The notes: generated by a model not told the origin, from the sequence alone. 64,000 nucleotides of DNA from Terriglobia bacterium (GCA_963748935.1 CAVVLA010000002.1:14113-78112), one strand, 5' to 3'. Positions 34,938 through 44,199 are shown, numbered from the stretch's first letter. Numbers and translations: made by a program.

Positions 34938-35183
34938 CTACGGAGTCTTCAGCTTTGGATGGATATAGCGCTCGATTTCAGCTGTCCATTTAAGAAATTG
35001 CCAGAGATTTTTACGCTCCCTCCACATGAACTCCCAGAATTCCAGAAAACCAATTTGCTGCATTTTTACTCCGCAGTAGGTTTCGACTCGCCACAGAAGA
35101 TAGGGACTGCGCCAGGGGGCGAGACGGTGTCCGCGGGTTGCATTCCACACAAATCGAAGCATGTGCCGCATGATTGCTCTCAA
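34938..35183 (-). CDS. small Trp/Arg-rich hypothetical protein (81 aa)
   Basis: Non-random composition (RGHRLAPWRSPYLLWRVETY..FWEFMWRERKNLWQFLKW). No family name recalled with confidence. Confidence 0.4.
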   Translation of the reverse strand: MRAIMRHMLRFVWNATRGHRLAPWRSPYLLWRVETYCGVKMQQIGFLEFWEFMWRERKNLWQFLKWTAEIERYIHPKLKTP

Positions 35184-35237
35184 GTATAGCGCCGGCTGCT
35201 GGCGCAGGTCTTCGGTCGCCTGGTGTCCAAATTAATA

Positions 35238-35267
35238 AACCACTAAGGACACGAAGTTACACGAAGG
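35238..35267. repeat. family-C repeat arm
   Basis: AACCACTAAGGACACGAAGTTACACGAAGG, compare 23776-23805. Confidence 0.75.
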
Positions 35268-35353
35268 GAGAACTCTGACGAGTGAAGACCGACGACTGAC
35301 GACCGTCTTTGCAACCTGCTAGAATCCGTCTTTCCCTGAGGACTTCTTGTTTC

Positions 35354-35710
35354 ATGGCCGACGAAAACGCCCGCCAAAAGGCTGAAGACCACTATTATGC
35401 CGCCCTGGACCTGGTGGCAGAAGGTGAACAGGAGGGCGCGCTGGCGGAATATCAGTTATCCCTTGGCGCCGACCCTGCTTTTACCGAAGCCATGCATGGC
35501 ATGGCTCGCACCCTGCAAGATCTTGGTCGCCTGGATGAAGCCATTACGGTCGCGAAGCGAATCGCGGAACTCGATCCCGACGATGTTCTGGCGTATACCA
35601 GCCTGTCTGTCCTGTACCAAAAAAAAGGCATGATCCCGGAGGCAGAAGCCGAGGCCAACAAAGCCAGAATTCTGGGCTGGAAGCAGCAATTGAAGAAGAG
35701 CAGCTCCTAG
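35354..35710 (+). CDS. tetratricopeptide-repeat protein
   Basis: Three TPR-like helical pairs (YYAALDLVAEGEQEGALAEYQLSL..., AMHGMARTLQDLGRLDEAI...). Confidence 0.75.
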   Translation: MADENARQKAEDHYYAALDLVAEGEQEGALAEYQLSLGADPAFTEAMHGMARTLQDLGRLDEAITVAKRIAELDPDDVLAYTSLSVLYQKKGMIPEAEAEANKARILGWKQQLKKSSS

Positions 35711-35791
35711 CTGCTGGCTGCTAGCTCCTAGCTTCTAACTTCGAGCTCTTGATTTTTAGCTAGAAGCCAGAAGCTAGCTAGCAGCTGATAG
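35701..35791. repeat. inverted CTAGC-word arrays forming a long imperfect hairpin between convergent genes
   Basis: Left CTCCTAGCTGCTGGCTGCTAGCTCCTAGCTTCTA and right TAGCTAGAAGCCAGAAGCTAGCTAGCAGCTG are largely complementary. Confidence 0.8.
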
Positions 35792-35793
35792 TT

Positions 35794-37191
35794 TCACAGT
35801 CCGTACTTCTTCACCAAGTGCCGGAACGAACGGTAAGAAATTTTCAGCACATCCGCGGCACGAGTCTGCACTCCGTTTGATTGGGCCAGCGCGGCCAGCA
35901 GCAGAGAGCGCTCGATGTCGGCAACGTACTTCTCCATGTCGACGCCTTCCGGCAATACGGAACCTGATGCAATTGAACCCGGCCCGCCCGCTAAGCCCAC
36001 CCCCGCGGCCGCTGCCCGGGCCTTCGACCGTTCGACAGGCAGCTCGACCCGTAACTCTTCTTCAGTCTCCAGCGCAACCGCACGCTCTATGGTGTTTTCC
36101 AGCTGGCGCACGTTCCCCGGCCAGTCGTAACTGCACAGCGCGGCCAACGAATCTCCATTCACTCTTAAAATGCTTTTGCCTGCCGCGGGAGCGTATTTCT
36201 TCAGGAAATGGTTGACCAGCAGAGGAACGTCTTCGCGGCGCTCTCGCAGCGGAGGTACGGAAACCGGGATCACGCTGAGGCGATAGTAAAGGTCCTCGCG
36301 AAAGGTATTTTCCGCCACTTGCTTATCGAGATCGCGGTTGGTGGCGGCAATGACCCGCACGTCAATGGGAATCTCGGCGGTGGCTCCTACCGGACGCACG
36401 CTGCGCTCCTGCAGCACACGCAGCAGTTTCACCTGCATGGTCAGCGTCATCTCGCTGATTTCGTCGAGAAAGATAGTGCCCTGGTCTGCAACTTCGAACA
36501 GTCCACGTTTGTTCTGGTTGGCGCCCGTGAATGCGCCCTTTACGTAACCAAACAATTCGCTTTCCAGGAGTGTTTCCGGGAAGGCGCCGCAATTTATGGA
36601 GACGAACGGGTCGCCGGCCCGTGGCGAACACACATGTACGGCGCGCGCGACCAGCTCTTTGCCGGTGCCGCTTTCGCCGTAGATCAGGATCGTGCTCTGG
36701 GTGGACGCCACCGTCCGAATGGTCTGTTTCAGCTTCTCCATCGCAGGACTTACACCCACAATGTTGTCAAGAGAGTTGCGCGTGGCGGCATCCCGTTTAA
36801 AGGCAAAATTTTGACGGCTGAGCGTCATCTTTTCCAGAGCGCGGTTGATGGCCAGTTTGATTTCATCGACCAGCCCAGGCGATTTGCGGATGTAATCGGC
36901 GGCGCCGCCGGCCTTCACCGCCTGCACGGCGGCTTCATAGTCATCGACTGCGGTGATCAGAATTACGGCGGAATCGGGAGAAACCTGATGGGCGTAGCGG
37001 AGCACTTCGATGCCGTCGGTGTTCGGCATCTTGATATCGGTGACCACCACGTCATAGAGCGCACTGTCCAGTTTTCTCTTCGCGTCTTCTCCGGACTTTA
37101 CCGTCTCGACTTTGTGGCCATCGCGGCGAAGGGCGATATCCAGCATTTCACAGATGGACCGTTCGTCATCACAAACCAGAATGTTACCCAT
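35794..37191 (-). CDS. pilR: sigma-54-dependent response regulator, PilR-like
   Basis: Receiver (ILVCDDE..DVVVTDIKMPNTDG), AAA+ with GESGTGKE and intact GAFTGA, C-terminal Fis HTH. ATG 37191 overlaps the pilS stop by 8 nt; the upstream 67 codons were rejected. Confidence 0.88.
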   Translation of the reverse strand: MGNILVCDDERSICEMLDIALRRDGHKVETVKSGEDAKRKLDSALYDVVVTDIKMPNTDGIEVLRYAHQVSPDSAVILITAVDDYEAAVQAVKAGGAADYIRKSPGLVDEIKLAINRALEKMTLSRQNFAFKRDAATRNSLDNIVGVSPAMEKLKQTIRTVASTQSTILIYGESGTGKELVARAVHVCSPRAGDPFVSINCGAFPETLLESELFGYVKGAFTGANQNKRGLFEVADQGTIFLDEISEMTLTMQVKLLRVLQERSVRPVGATAEIPIDVRVIAATNRDLDKQVAENTFREDLYYRLSVIPVSVPPLRERREDVPLLVNHFLKKYAPAAGKSILRVNGDSLAALCSYDWPGNVRQLENTIERAVALETEEELRVELPVERSKARAAAAGVGLAGGPGSIASGSVLPEGVDMEKYVADIERSLLLAALAQSNGVQTRAADVLKISYRSFRHLVKKYGL

Positions 37192-38926
37192 GCGCGCGAC
37201 CCCCTGCTCCAGCAGTGGCTGCGATGTTTTCCTCGATCCGGGAACCGAGTTGCGCCCCAGCGGCAGACTGCGGGGCGCCAATCTTCCGTGCCACCGCCAG
37301 GCGTCGCAGGCGGAGAACGAACACGCTGCCCTCGCCAGGTTTTGAGCGCGCCCAAACTTTGCCTTCGTGGGCCTGCACAATCTGATAAACAATGGCCAAA
37401 CCCAGTCCGGTACCGCCTTCGAATTGGGATTGGAAGGGCTCGAAAATCTTCTCCACCAGCTGACGGCTCATGCCTGGTCCGGTATCGGCAAAGTTGATCT
37501 GCCAGTCGTCACCGGCCTGCTCCAGGGAGACCCGCAGAGATCCTCCGGAGCGCATGGCGCGCACCGCATTCTCGCAAAAATTCCAGAACACCTGTTTGAT
37601 CTTGTCTCCATCAGCGATGGTGAAAGCCTGTTGCACGCTGTAGTTGCGTTCAATCCGTATACCAGTTTTTTCCACGACCAGCCGATTCTCCAGCAAGGTG
37701 AGCGTGTCTTCCAGCAGAGGTAGCAGATCGACCGAGGAAAATTGGTACTGCTTGCCCCGGGAGTAAGCCAGAAAATCTGTAATGATGCCGTTCAGCCGCT
37801 CCGACTCCCGCATCACAATCTGCAGCAACTGGCGGTGCTCATCGCTCAAGTCGGCGATACCGGACAGCATGCTCACCGAGCCGGCAATCGAAGTTAAAGG
37901 ATTACGGATTTCATGGGCGATCGCGGCAGCCAGCCGGCCCACCGCCGCCAGCCGGTCCTGTATGCGCAAATCCCGCTCCAGACGCCGGATTTCCGTCAAA
38001 TCGTCGAAGGTATAGACGTAACCGATTGTGTTCCGGCCGGGAACCGCCAGTGAGGTCCCCATCACGCGAAAGGTTTTGCAGAAGCCGCTGGCCACCACAA
38101 AGCGCACCTCTCCGTGGGCGCGCTCGTCTGCCGTGATATTCGGTAATGGATCAAGGAATAGCGGGGTGACCGGCTGTCCCACCAGATCGTTCTCTCCACG
38201 TTCGAACAACTTTTGTGCGGCGGTATTCACCAGGGTGATGTACCCGTCGAGCCCGGTGGTAATGAGTCCGGAGGTGATGGACTGAATAATGTTCTCGTGC
38301 AGCGCCTGAAGGTCTTCCAGGACTCCTTTGGTATGTTTCAGCTTTACATCGACCTGGCGCAGCTTGGAGGCCAGCAGTCCCGCCAGGTAGGCCACTGCCA
38401 GGTAGCCGAAAAGGTTGACGAAAATTATGGCTTGCAGTGCGCCTAGCCCCGGGTGGGTGGTGGAATACGACGGAATGATTTCGAAATACGTCAGCTCCAG
38501 GACCGCAACATACAGAATGAATGCCAGAGCTCCGCTCAAATACGCCCAGACCCGAGGCAGCAGTATGCAGGCAACAATAATGACCAGCGGGTAAAGGAAA
38601 TTCAGGGAACTGTCGACGCCACCCGTGGCATATACCACCAGCGTGACCAGCACCAGGTCGGTGACGACTTGCAGCAGAGCCTGGACCTGGCGCTCTTCCC
38701 AGAAAGACAGCAGGAGCAGGTAGAAGATTGAAATCGTGTACCACAAAAGTACGACGTGGATGAACAACCGCAGAGGAAACGGGTTGGGCGTGAGCCGGGC
38801 AATGGCCAGCTCGATTCCGAACAGAAGTGTCAGAATGATGATTCGGACTTTGGCCAGCCAGGCCAGCCAAAGGCGTTCATCGAAAATGGATTGCATGCGA
38901 GATCCAGATCCCCAAGTACTGGTCAT
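37184..38926 (-). CDS. pilS: sensor histidine kinase, PilS-like
   Basis: Six N-terminal TM helices, PAS, HisKA (AHEIRNPL), HATPase_c (GTGLGLAIV). Confidence 0.85.
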   Translation of the reverse strand: MTSTWGSGSRMQSIFDERLWLAWLAKVRIIILTLLFGIELAIARLTPNPFPLRLFIHVVLLWYTISIFYLLLLSFWEERQVQALLQVVTDLVLVTLVVYATGGVDSSLNFLYPLVIIVACILLPRVWAYLSGALAFILYVAVLELTYFEIIPSYSTTHPGLGALQAIIFVNLFGYLAVAYLAGLLASKLRQVDVKLKHTKGVLEDLQALHENIIQSITSGLITTGLDGYITLVNTAAQKLFERGENDLVGQPVTPLFLDPLPNITADERAHGEVRFVVASGFCKTFRVMGTSLAVPGRNTIGYVYTFDDLTEIRRLERDLRIQDRLAAVGRLAAAIAHEIRNPLTSIAGSVSMLSGIADLSDEHRQLLQIVMRESERLNGIITDFLAYSRGKQYQFSSVDLLPLLEDTLTLLENRLVVEKTGIRIERNYSVQQAFTIADGDKIKQVFWNFCENAVRAMRSGGSLRVSLEQAGDDWQINFADTGPGMSRQLVEKIFEPFQSQFEGGTGLGLAIVYQIVQAHEGKVWARSKPGEGSVFVLRLRRLAVARKIGAPQSAAGAQLGSRIEENIAATAGAGGRAHG

Positions 38927-38987
38927 CAGGTCGTCAGTCTTCAGCTCTTTCTGACGACTGCTGACCGACTGACGACTGCCCTTGTAC

Positions 38988-40196
38988 TTAGCCGGCCAGT
39001 TTGGCGATCATCGAGAACAGCGGCATATACAGCGAAATGACGATGCCGCCGATCATGACGCCCAACAGGCCGATGATGACCGGCTCCAGCATGGCCAGCA
39101 TGTCCTTGGTGGCGTTGTCGACTTCGTCTTCGTAGAAGTCGGCGATTTTCTGCAGCATGGCGTCCATAGCGCCCGTGGCTTCGCCAACGCCGATCATCTG
39201 AGTCACCATGTTGGGGAACACTCCCGATTCCCGCAGCGGATCGACGATCGTGCGGCCTTCTTCGATGGCTTTGCGCACCCGCATCAGAGCCTCTTCCAGA
39301 ACCGCGTTACCTGAAGTCTTGGCAGTAATGCTCAGGCCTTCCAGAATCGGCACGCCCGACGTGATCAGAGTTCCGAGGGTCCGGGTAAAGCGAGCGACCG
39401 CGATCTTGCGCAACAACACACCCAGAATCGGCAACTTCAGCAAACCATAATCGAAGTAATACCGCCCCTTCGGGTGCTTACGAATCTGCTTGGTCCCGAA
39501 AATAAGGCCGACAACACCGATGATGAAGAACCACCAGAACTGGCCGACAAACGCGCTCAGGCCCATCACGATGCGGGTAGGCAGCGGAAGGGCAACACCC
39601 AGGCCGATGAACAAGTTGGAGAAGATTGGAACGACCCACTTGAGCAGCGCGCCCACAATGAGGAAGGCCAAACTGACCACCGATACCGGGTAGATCAGGG
39701 CCGACTTGACGGCGGCACGCAGCTTGACCGCCTTTTCGATGTAGAGGGCCAGCCGTTGCAGAATGATGTCCAGAATACCGCCGGTTTCGCCCGCCTCAAT
39801 CATGTTGGTGGTGAGGTCGTCAAAGATCTTGGGATACAGCTTCATCGCGTTCGCCAGTGTGGCGCCGCCTTCCACCGTGGTACGCACGCCCGTCAGCGTC
39901 TTCTGGAAGGCCGGGTTCTCCTGGTTGGCCGCGAGAATTTCCAGACATTGCACCAGGGGAAGGCCGGCGTCGATCATCACCGAGAATTGCCGGAAGAAAA
40001 TGGCGATGTCCTTGGTTTTGACTTTGTTCATGCCGAAGGTCGGCATGACAAATTCTTTGCCCTTTTCCCGGACTGGTCCTGGCGTGATGCGCTCGCGCCG
40101 CAGCTGGCTGGTCAGCGCCTGCTTGTTGGGGGCCGAGCGCTCGCCGCTAACTTTCTGACCGGACTCATTCTTCCCTGAAAATGTGAAAACTGGCAT
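38988..40196 (-). CDS. pilC: type IV pilus platform protein PilC (GspF family)
   Basis: Two T2SSF repeats, 402 aa, next to pilT and pilB. Confidence 0.9.
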   Translation of the reverse strand: MPVFTFSGKNESGQKVSGERSAPNKQALTSQLRRERITPGPVREKGKEFVMPTFGMNKVKTKDIAIFFRQFSVMIDAGLPLVQCLEILAANQENPAFQKTLTGVRTTVEGGATLANAMKLYPKIFDDLTTNMIEAGETGGILDIILQRLALYIEKAVKLRAAVKSALIYPVSVVSLAFLIVGALLKWVVPIFSNLFIGLGVALPLPTRIVMGLSAFVGQFWWFFIIGVVGLIFGTKQIRKHPKGRYYFDYGLLKLPILGVLLRKIAVARFTRTLGTLITSGVPILEGLSITAKTSGNAVLEEALMRVRKAIEEGRTIVDPLRESGVFPNMVTQMIGVGEATGAMDAMLQKIADFYEDEVDNATKDMLAMLEPVIIGLLGVMIGGIVISLYMPLFSMIAKLAG

Positions 40197-40322
40197 GGTG
40201 AACGTCTCCTCGCTACAATTCGTTTTTTCGCCGGTCCGCGCTTTCCCTGGCGGCCCGAAAATTACTCATCGCTCCATTCCGGTCCCCCCGCACGCGATGA
40301 AGGCGGGGTTTTCAGGCGCCGC

Positions 40323-41447
40323 TCAGCGCTTGCTGGGGGCAGCACCCTTCGCCATGGCAGGCTGATTTCGATTGAGGCCTGCGCCACGGTTGATCATTTC
40401 CTGCAATTCATCGGTATTGCTGGAACGCGCCATCGCAACTTCCATCGTGATCTGTTTCTGGAAATACGCCGTCGCCAGCGCCTGGTTGAACGTCTGCATC
40501 CCGAACTTGTCCTGGCCGGATTGCATGGACGAGTAAATCTGGTGAATCTTGTCCTCGCGGATCAGGTTGCGGATGGCCGCATTCGGAACCATGATTTCCA
40601 TACACATGGCGCGGCCTTTGCCGTCTGACTTAGGCAGCAGGCTTTGGCACATGATGCCTTCCAGAACCAGCGACAATTGCGCCCGAATCTGAGGTTGCTG
40701 GTGGGCTGGAAACACGTCAATAATTCGGTTGATGGTCGAAGACGCCGAGTTGGTATGCAGCGTACCGAACGTAAGGTGACCGGTTTCAGCGATGCGCAGC
40801 GCCGACTCGATGGTTTCCAGATCGCGCATTTCGCCGATCAGCACCACATCCGGGTCTTCACGGAGGGCGGCGCGCAAGGCGTCGGCAAAACTCTTGGTGT
40901 CAGCGTGCAGTTCGCGCTGGTTCACCACACAGTTTTTGTTCATGTGCACGAATTCGATCGGATCCTCGATCGTCAAAATGTGGTCGTGGCGCTCAGTGTT
41001 GATCTTGTCGATCATGGCCGCGAGCGTCGTGGACTTGCCCGATCCGGTCGGACCCGTCACCAGCACCAAACCGCGAGGCTTGTCGCACAGCTTGCTGACG
41101 ATGGCCGGCAGTCCCAGCTGGTTGAAGGACTTGATTTCGAAGGGAATCAGACGGAAGACGGCCGAGGTGGCGCCGCGCTGGTTGAAAGTGTTGGCACGAA
41201 AACGGGCCAGGCCCTTCAGACCGAAGGAGAAGTCGAGCTCGAGATTTTCCTCGAAGCGGTGCTTCTGCGAATCGGTCATCACGCTGTAGGCCAGCTGCTT
41301 GGTTTCCGCCGGCGTCATTTGCGGCAGATCGAGCGGCACCAGGTGTCCGTGGACGCGAATCTGCGGCGGAGAATTGGTCGTGATGTGGAGGTCGCTTCCC
41401 CCCATCTCCAGCAGCCTTTTCAACAGATCACTTAACGAAAGCGACAT
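40323..41447 (-). CDS. pilT: type IV pilus retraction ATPase PilT
   Basis: SDLHITTNSPPQIRVHG, Walker A GPTGSGKSTT, IGEMRD, AHLTFGTLHT-type motifs. About 30-aa C-terminal extension. Confidence 0.9.
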   Translation of the reverse strand: MSLSLSDLLKRLLEMGGSDLHITTNSPPQIRVHGHLVPLDLPQMTPAETKQLAYSVMTDSQKHRFEENLELDFSFGLKGLARFRANTFNQRGATSAVFRLIPFEIKSFNQLGLPAIVSKLCDKPRGLVLVTGPTGSGKSTTLAAMIDKINTERHDHILTIEDPIEFVHMNKNCVVNQRELHADTKSFADALRAALREDPDVVLIGEMRDLETIESALRIAETGHLTFGTLHTNSASSTINRIIDVFPAHQQPQIRAQLSLVLEGIMCQSLLPKSDGKGRAMCMEIMVPNAAIRNLIREDKIHQIYSSMQSGQDKFGMQTFNQALATAYFQKQITMEVAMARSSNTDELQEMINRGAGLNRNQPAMAKGAAPSKR

Positions 41448-41471
41448 AAGTTTTCCCTTTCCTTCCTGAAC

Positions 41472-43187
41472 TCAGTGAATGGTTTCGCGTGCCACTTCTT
41501 CCAGCGTGGTCATGCCTGCAGCAACTTTGATCAGGCCGCTGCGGCGCAGCGTGATCATGCCTCGCTCAATCGCCTTTTTCTTCAATTCCAGCGCGGAAGC
41601 GCCCACCAGGACCAGCTCTTTGATCTCGTCATCCACTTCCATCACTTCGTACAAACCGGTCCGGCCTTTGTATCCGGTGTTGCTGCAGACTCCGCAGCCC
41701 TTGCCTTTTTGAATCTTCACCGTCTTGGCTTCTTCCGGGGTGTAGCCTTCTTCGATCAGTGCCTGTACTGGCATCTCGATCACTTCGGCGCATTCGCGGC
41801 AGATGCGGCGCACCAACCTCTGTGCGCAAATGAGGTGGACGGAGGTCGCCACCAGAAAGGGTTCGATACCCATATTCATCAAGCGGGTAATCGTCTCCGG
41901 CGCACCGTTGGTGTGTAGCGTGGACAGCACCAGGTGTCCGGTCAGAGCAGCTTTGATGGCGATTTCCGCAGTTTCAAAGTCACGGATTTCGCCGACCAGG
42001 ATGATGTTCGGGTCTTGCCGCAAGAAAGCGCGCAGCGCAGCCGCGAAGTTCAATCCAATCTGTTCCTTCATCTGCACCTGGTTGACTCCGGCCAACTGAA
42101 ATTCGACCGGATCTTCGGCCGTCATGATGTTGGTGTCGGGAGTGTTCAGGCGCGCGATGGATGAGTACAGGGTGTTGGTCTTGCCCGATCCCGTGGGCCC
42201 GGTGACCAGCACCATGCCGTAGGGCTTCAGAATGGCTTTCTCGAACTTGGTCAGCGACTCCTGCTCGAAACCGAGCTTAGTCATGTCGAGCCGGAGGTTT
42301 TCCTTGTCCAGCAATCGCATGACGATCTTTTCGCCCCACAGCGTGGGCAGCGTGCTGACGCGGAAATCGAGCTGCTTCTTGCGTCCGCCCAGGCTCATCT
42401 TCAGCATGATGCGGCCATCCTGCGGCAAGCGCTTTTCGCTGATATCCAGTTTCGCCATGATCTTCACGCGGGACGTGATGGCATCTTTCAACTTGAGCGG
42501 CGGCGACATGATGCTTTGCAGTACGCCATCTATACGGAAGCGCACACGGAACTCTTTTTCGTAGGGTTCCATGTGGATGTCGCTGGCCCCCCGCTTCACC
42601 GCATCGGTCAACACCAGGTTGACCAGCTTGACGATCGGAGCTTCATCAGCCGCCCTCTCGAGGTCGGCCAGTTCCATCTCGGTTTCTTCAGATTGCAGCT
42701 CGACGTCGGCGTCGTTGACCTCGGTCATGGACTGCATGACTGTCTCGAGGTCTTCTTGCTGGGTGGTGCCGTATGCCTTCTCGATGCTCTCCAGGATCGA
42801 GCTTTCGGACGCCACCACCGGCTCGATGTTGAAGCCGGTCATGAACTTGATATCGTCCATGGCGAAGACATTGGTCGGATCCACCATGGCAATCGTCAGC
42901 GACGCCCCGACCCGGCTCAGGGGCAGGATCTGGTAGCGCTTCGCGGTTTCGAAAGGAATCAGTTTCACAACCGAGGGATCAATCTCAAAGTAGGAGAGAT
43001 TGATGGCTGGAACGCCGTATTGGCGGGAAAGGAAGTTGGTGACGTCCTCGTCCGTGAGGAAGCCCAGCTTGACCAAAGCCGAGCCCAGGCGACAGTTGCT
43101 CTCTTTCTGAACCTTGGTCGCCTGCACCAACTGCTCCGCGGTAATGACCTTCTCTTTGACCAGAAGATCACCCAGCCGTTGAGACAT
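41472..43187 (-). CDS. pilB: type IV-A pilus assembly ATPase PilB (GspE family)
   Basis: T2SSE_N domain, Walker A GPTGSGKTNT, tetracysteine (CRECA...CGVC). ATG 43187 (MSQRLGDLLV) chosen; the 38 upstream codons were rejected. Confidence 0.9.
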   Translation of the reverse strand: MSQRLGDLLVKEKVITAEQLVQATKVQKESNCRLGSALVKLGFLTDEDVTNFLSRQYGVPAINLSYFEIDPSVVKLIPFETAKRYQILPLSRVGASLTIAMVDPTNVFAMDDIKFMTGFNIEPVVASESSILESIEKAYGTTQQEDLETVMQSMTEVNDADVELQSEETEMELADLERAADEAPIVKLVNLVLTDAVKRGASDIHMEPYEKEFRVRFRIDGVLQSIMSPPLKLKDAITSRVKIMAKLDISEKRLPQDGRIMLKMSLGGRKKQLDFRVSTLPTLWGEKIVMRLLDKENLRLDMTKLGFEQESLTKFEKAILKPYGMVLVTGPTGSGKTNTLYSSIARLNTPDTNIMTAEDPVEFQLAGVNQVQMKEQIGLNFAAALRAFLRQDPNIILVGEIRDFETAEIAIKAALTGHLVLSTLHTNGAPETITRLMNMGIEPFLVATSVHLICAQRLVRRICRECAEVIEMPVQALIEEGYTPEEAKTVKIQKGKGCGVCSNTGYKGRTGLYEVMEVDDEIKELVLVGASALELKKKAIERGMITLRRSGLIKVAAGMTTLEEVARETIH

Positions 43188-43283
43188 ACCTCGATCTCCT
43201 ATCTGTGCGTCAGATAAATTCGGATTGCGAAATGCGGCGCGACCGCGGCAGCTTTTTCGAGGGGAGAAGATGCAGCCTATCGC

Positions 43284-43302
43284 GTTGACACAAATTGTCA
43301 AC
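43284..43302 (-). promoter_or_regulatory. perfect inverted repeat GTTGACA-CAAAT-TGTCAAC overlapping a TTGACA -35 box upstream of pilB
   Basis: Minus strand has TTGACA (43296-43301), a 16-nt spacer, then TAGGCT (43274-43279). About 95 nt upstream of the pilB ATG. Confidence 0.4.
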
Positions 43303-43474
43303 GTAACTGGGTTACGGCACCAGTAACTTTAGTGCGTGGGAGCGCTGTGGGTCTTCCGTAACTTACTGACTAAACGGTCGCAGGGAACGCAGCAAAGACG
43401 GCATTCCGCGGAACGCGGTACAAAAACGGTACATTTTTTGGGACCAGCCAAGAGGGTACTTTAGTTTTCTTTGC

Positions 43475-43498
43475 GCGGGCATGTGCCCGCAGATTTTT
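43475..43498 (+). terminator. orphan intrinsic-terminator-like hairpin on the plus strand
   Basis: GCGGGC-ATGT-GCCCGC followed by AGATTTTT. No plus-strand CDS lies upstream. Confidence 0.35.
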
Positions 43499-43512
43499 GA
43501 TCTAGTCAGCGA

Positions 43513-43689
43513 CTATCCAATTTCCTTCATAATTTCTTGATATCTTCCGGCGCCGCGTGCGCCTGTCGCAGCCGTGTCTCTTTTTTCATCCAGCAAACGG
43601 CTGATCTCGGTAATCAGTTCCATGAGCTTCTCAGGATCTTCCTCGTCCGATGCTTGCTGGCAGAGTTCCATCCAATGCGATTCCTTCAT
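43513..43689 (-). CDS. small helical hypothetical protein (58 aa)
   Basis: MKESHWMELCQQASDEEDPEKLMELITEISRLLDEKR... ATG 43689 chosen within the longer ORF 43513-43947. Confidence 0.5.
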   Translation of the reverse strand: MKESHWMELCQQASDEEDPEKLMELITEISRLLDEKRDTAATGARGAGRYQEIMKEIG

Positions 43690-43827
43690 GGCGCGTTTTT
43701 TATCACATTGGCGGCTTTCGCGGGTACGCCACCATCCGGCTAGGGCCAAACCCCGAGAGCCTCGTAAGGGAAACACTGTATCGCGCTTCCGTGTCTTTTG
43801 TGCAATCGTTACCGGTCGGCCCGTTGC

Positions 43828-44022
43828 ATGCCACCACCCAACCTTGAAGACCGCATACGTCTGCTCACTGATCGGGCCATCGCCGCCAAAAGTCAGAGCG
43901 AACTGGACGCCATTCTGCCCGAACTGAAAGCCGCTATCAGAGACCACATACGCTATGTTCGGGCCATCGTCGTTGAGACAATTCCCGAAGTATTCGGATC
44001 GCGGAGCAACGCAGCAGACTGA
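43828..44022 (+). CDS. small helical hypothetical protein (64 aa)
   Basis: MPPPNLEDRIRLLTDRAIAAKSQSELDAILPELKAAIRDHI... shares a helix-acidic turn-helix pattern with the divergent 58-aa ORF. Confidence 0.5.
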   Translation: MPPPNLEDRIRLLTDRAIAAKSQSELDAILPELKAAIRDHIRYVRAIVVETIPEVFGSRSNAAD

Positions 44023-44199
44023 TATGGTCTTGGCAGCCTTTTCCGATTCCCATGAAGGAGTCTGTCCGGACTCGCATTCCCGCTACCCCAACCAGTCACT
44101 TTCGACGGCAACTGTGGGCAGTTCCGATGCTGGCGATTGAAACTTGGGGAAGGAACCTGGAGCGGTTATTTCGTTTGATCGCGCAAATGGCCGCAGGGA

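Noticed and set aside
40197-40322. Possible pilin gene or sigma-54 promoter in the pil cluster gaps
   Set aside because: No ORF with a prepilin leader was found. I saw no TGGCAC-N5-TTGC match by eye in the pil gaps or upstream of the small ORFs (43690-43827). TGGCAC-like strings at 4314 and 48634 lack the -12 GC element.
43188-43301. Upstream extensions of pilB (to 43301), pilR (to 37392), era (to 50321), lptE (to 59540), HAD (from 5790) and others
   Set aside because: The extensions are non-conserved-looking, run through repeats or into neighbouring genes, and internal ATGs give canonical N-termini, often with an SD.
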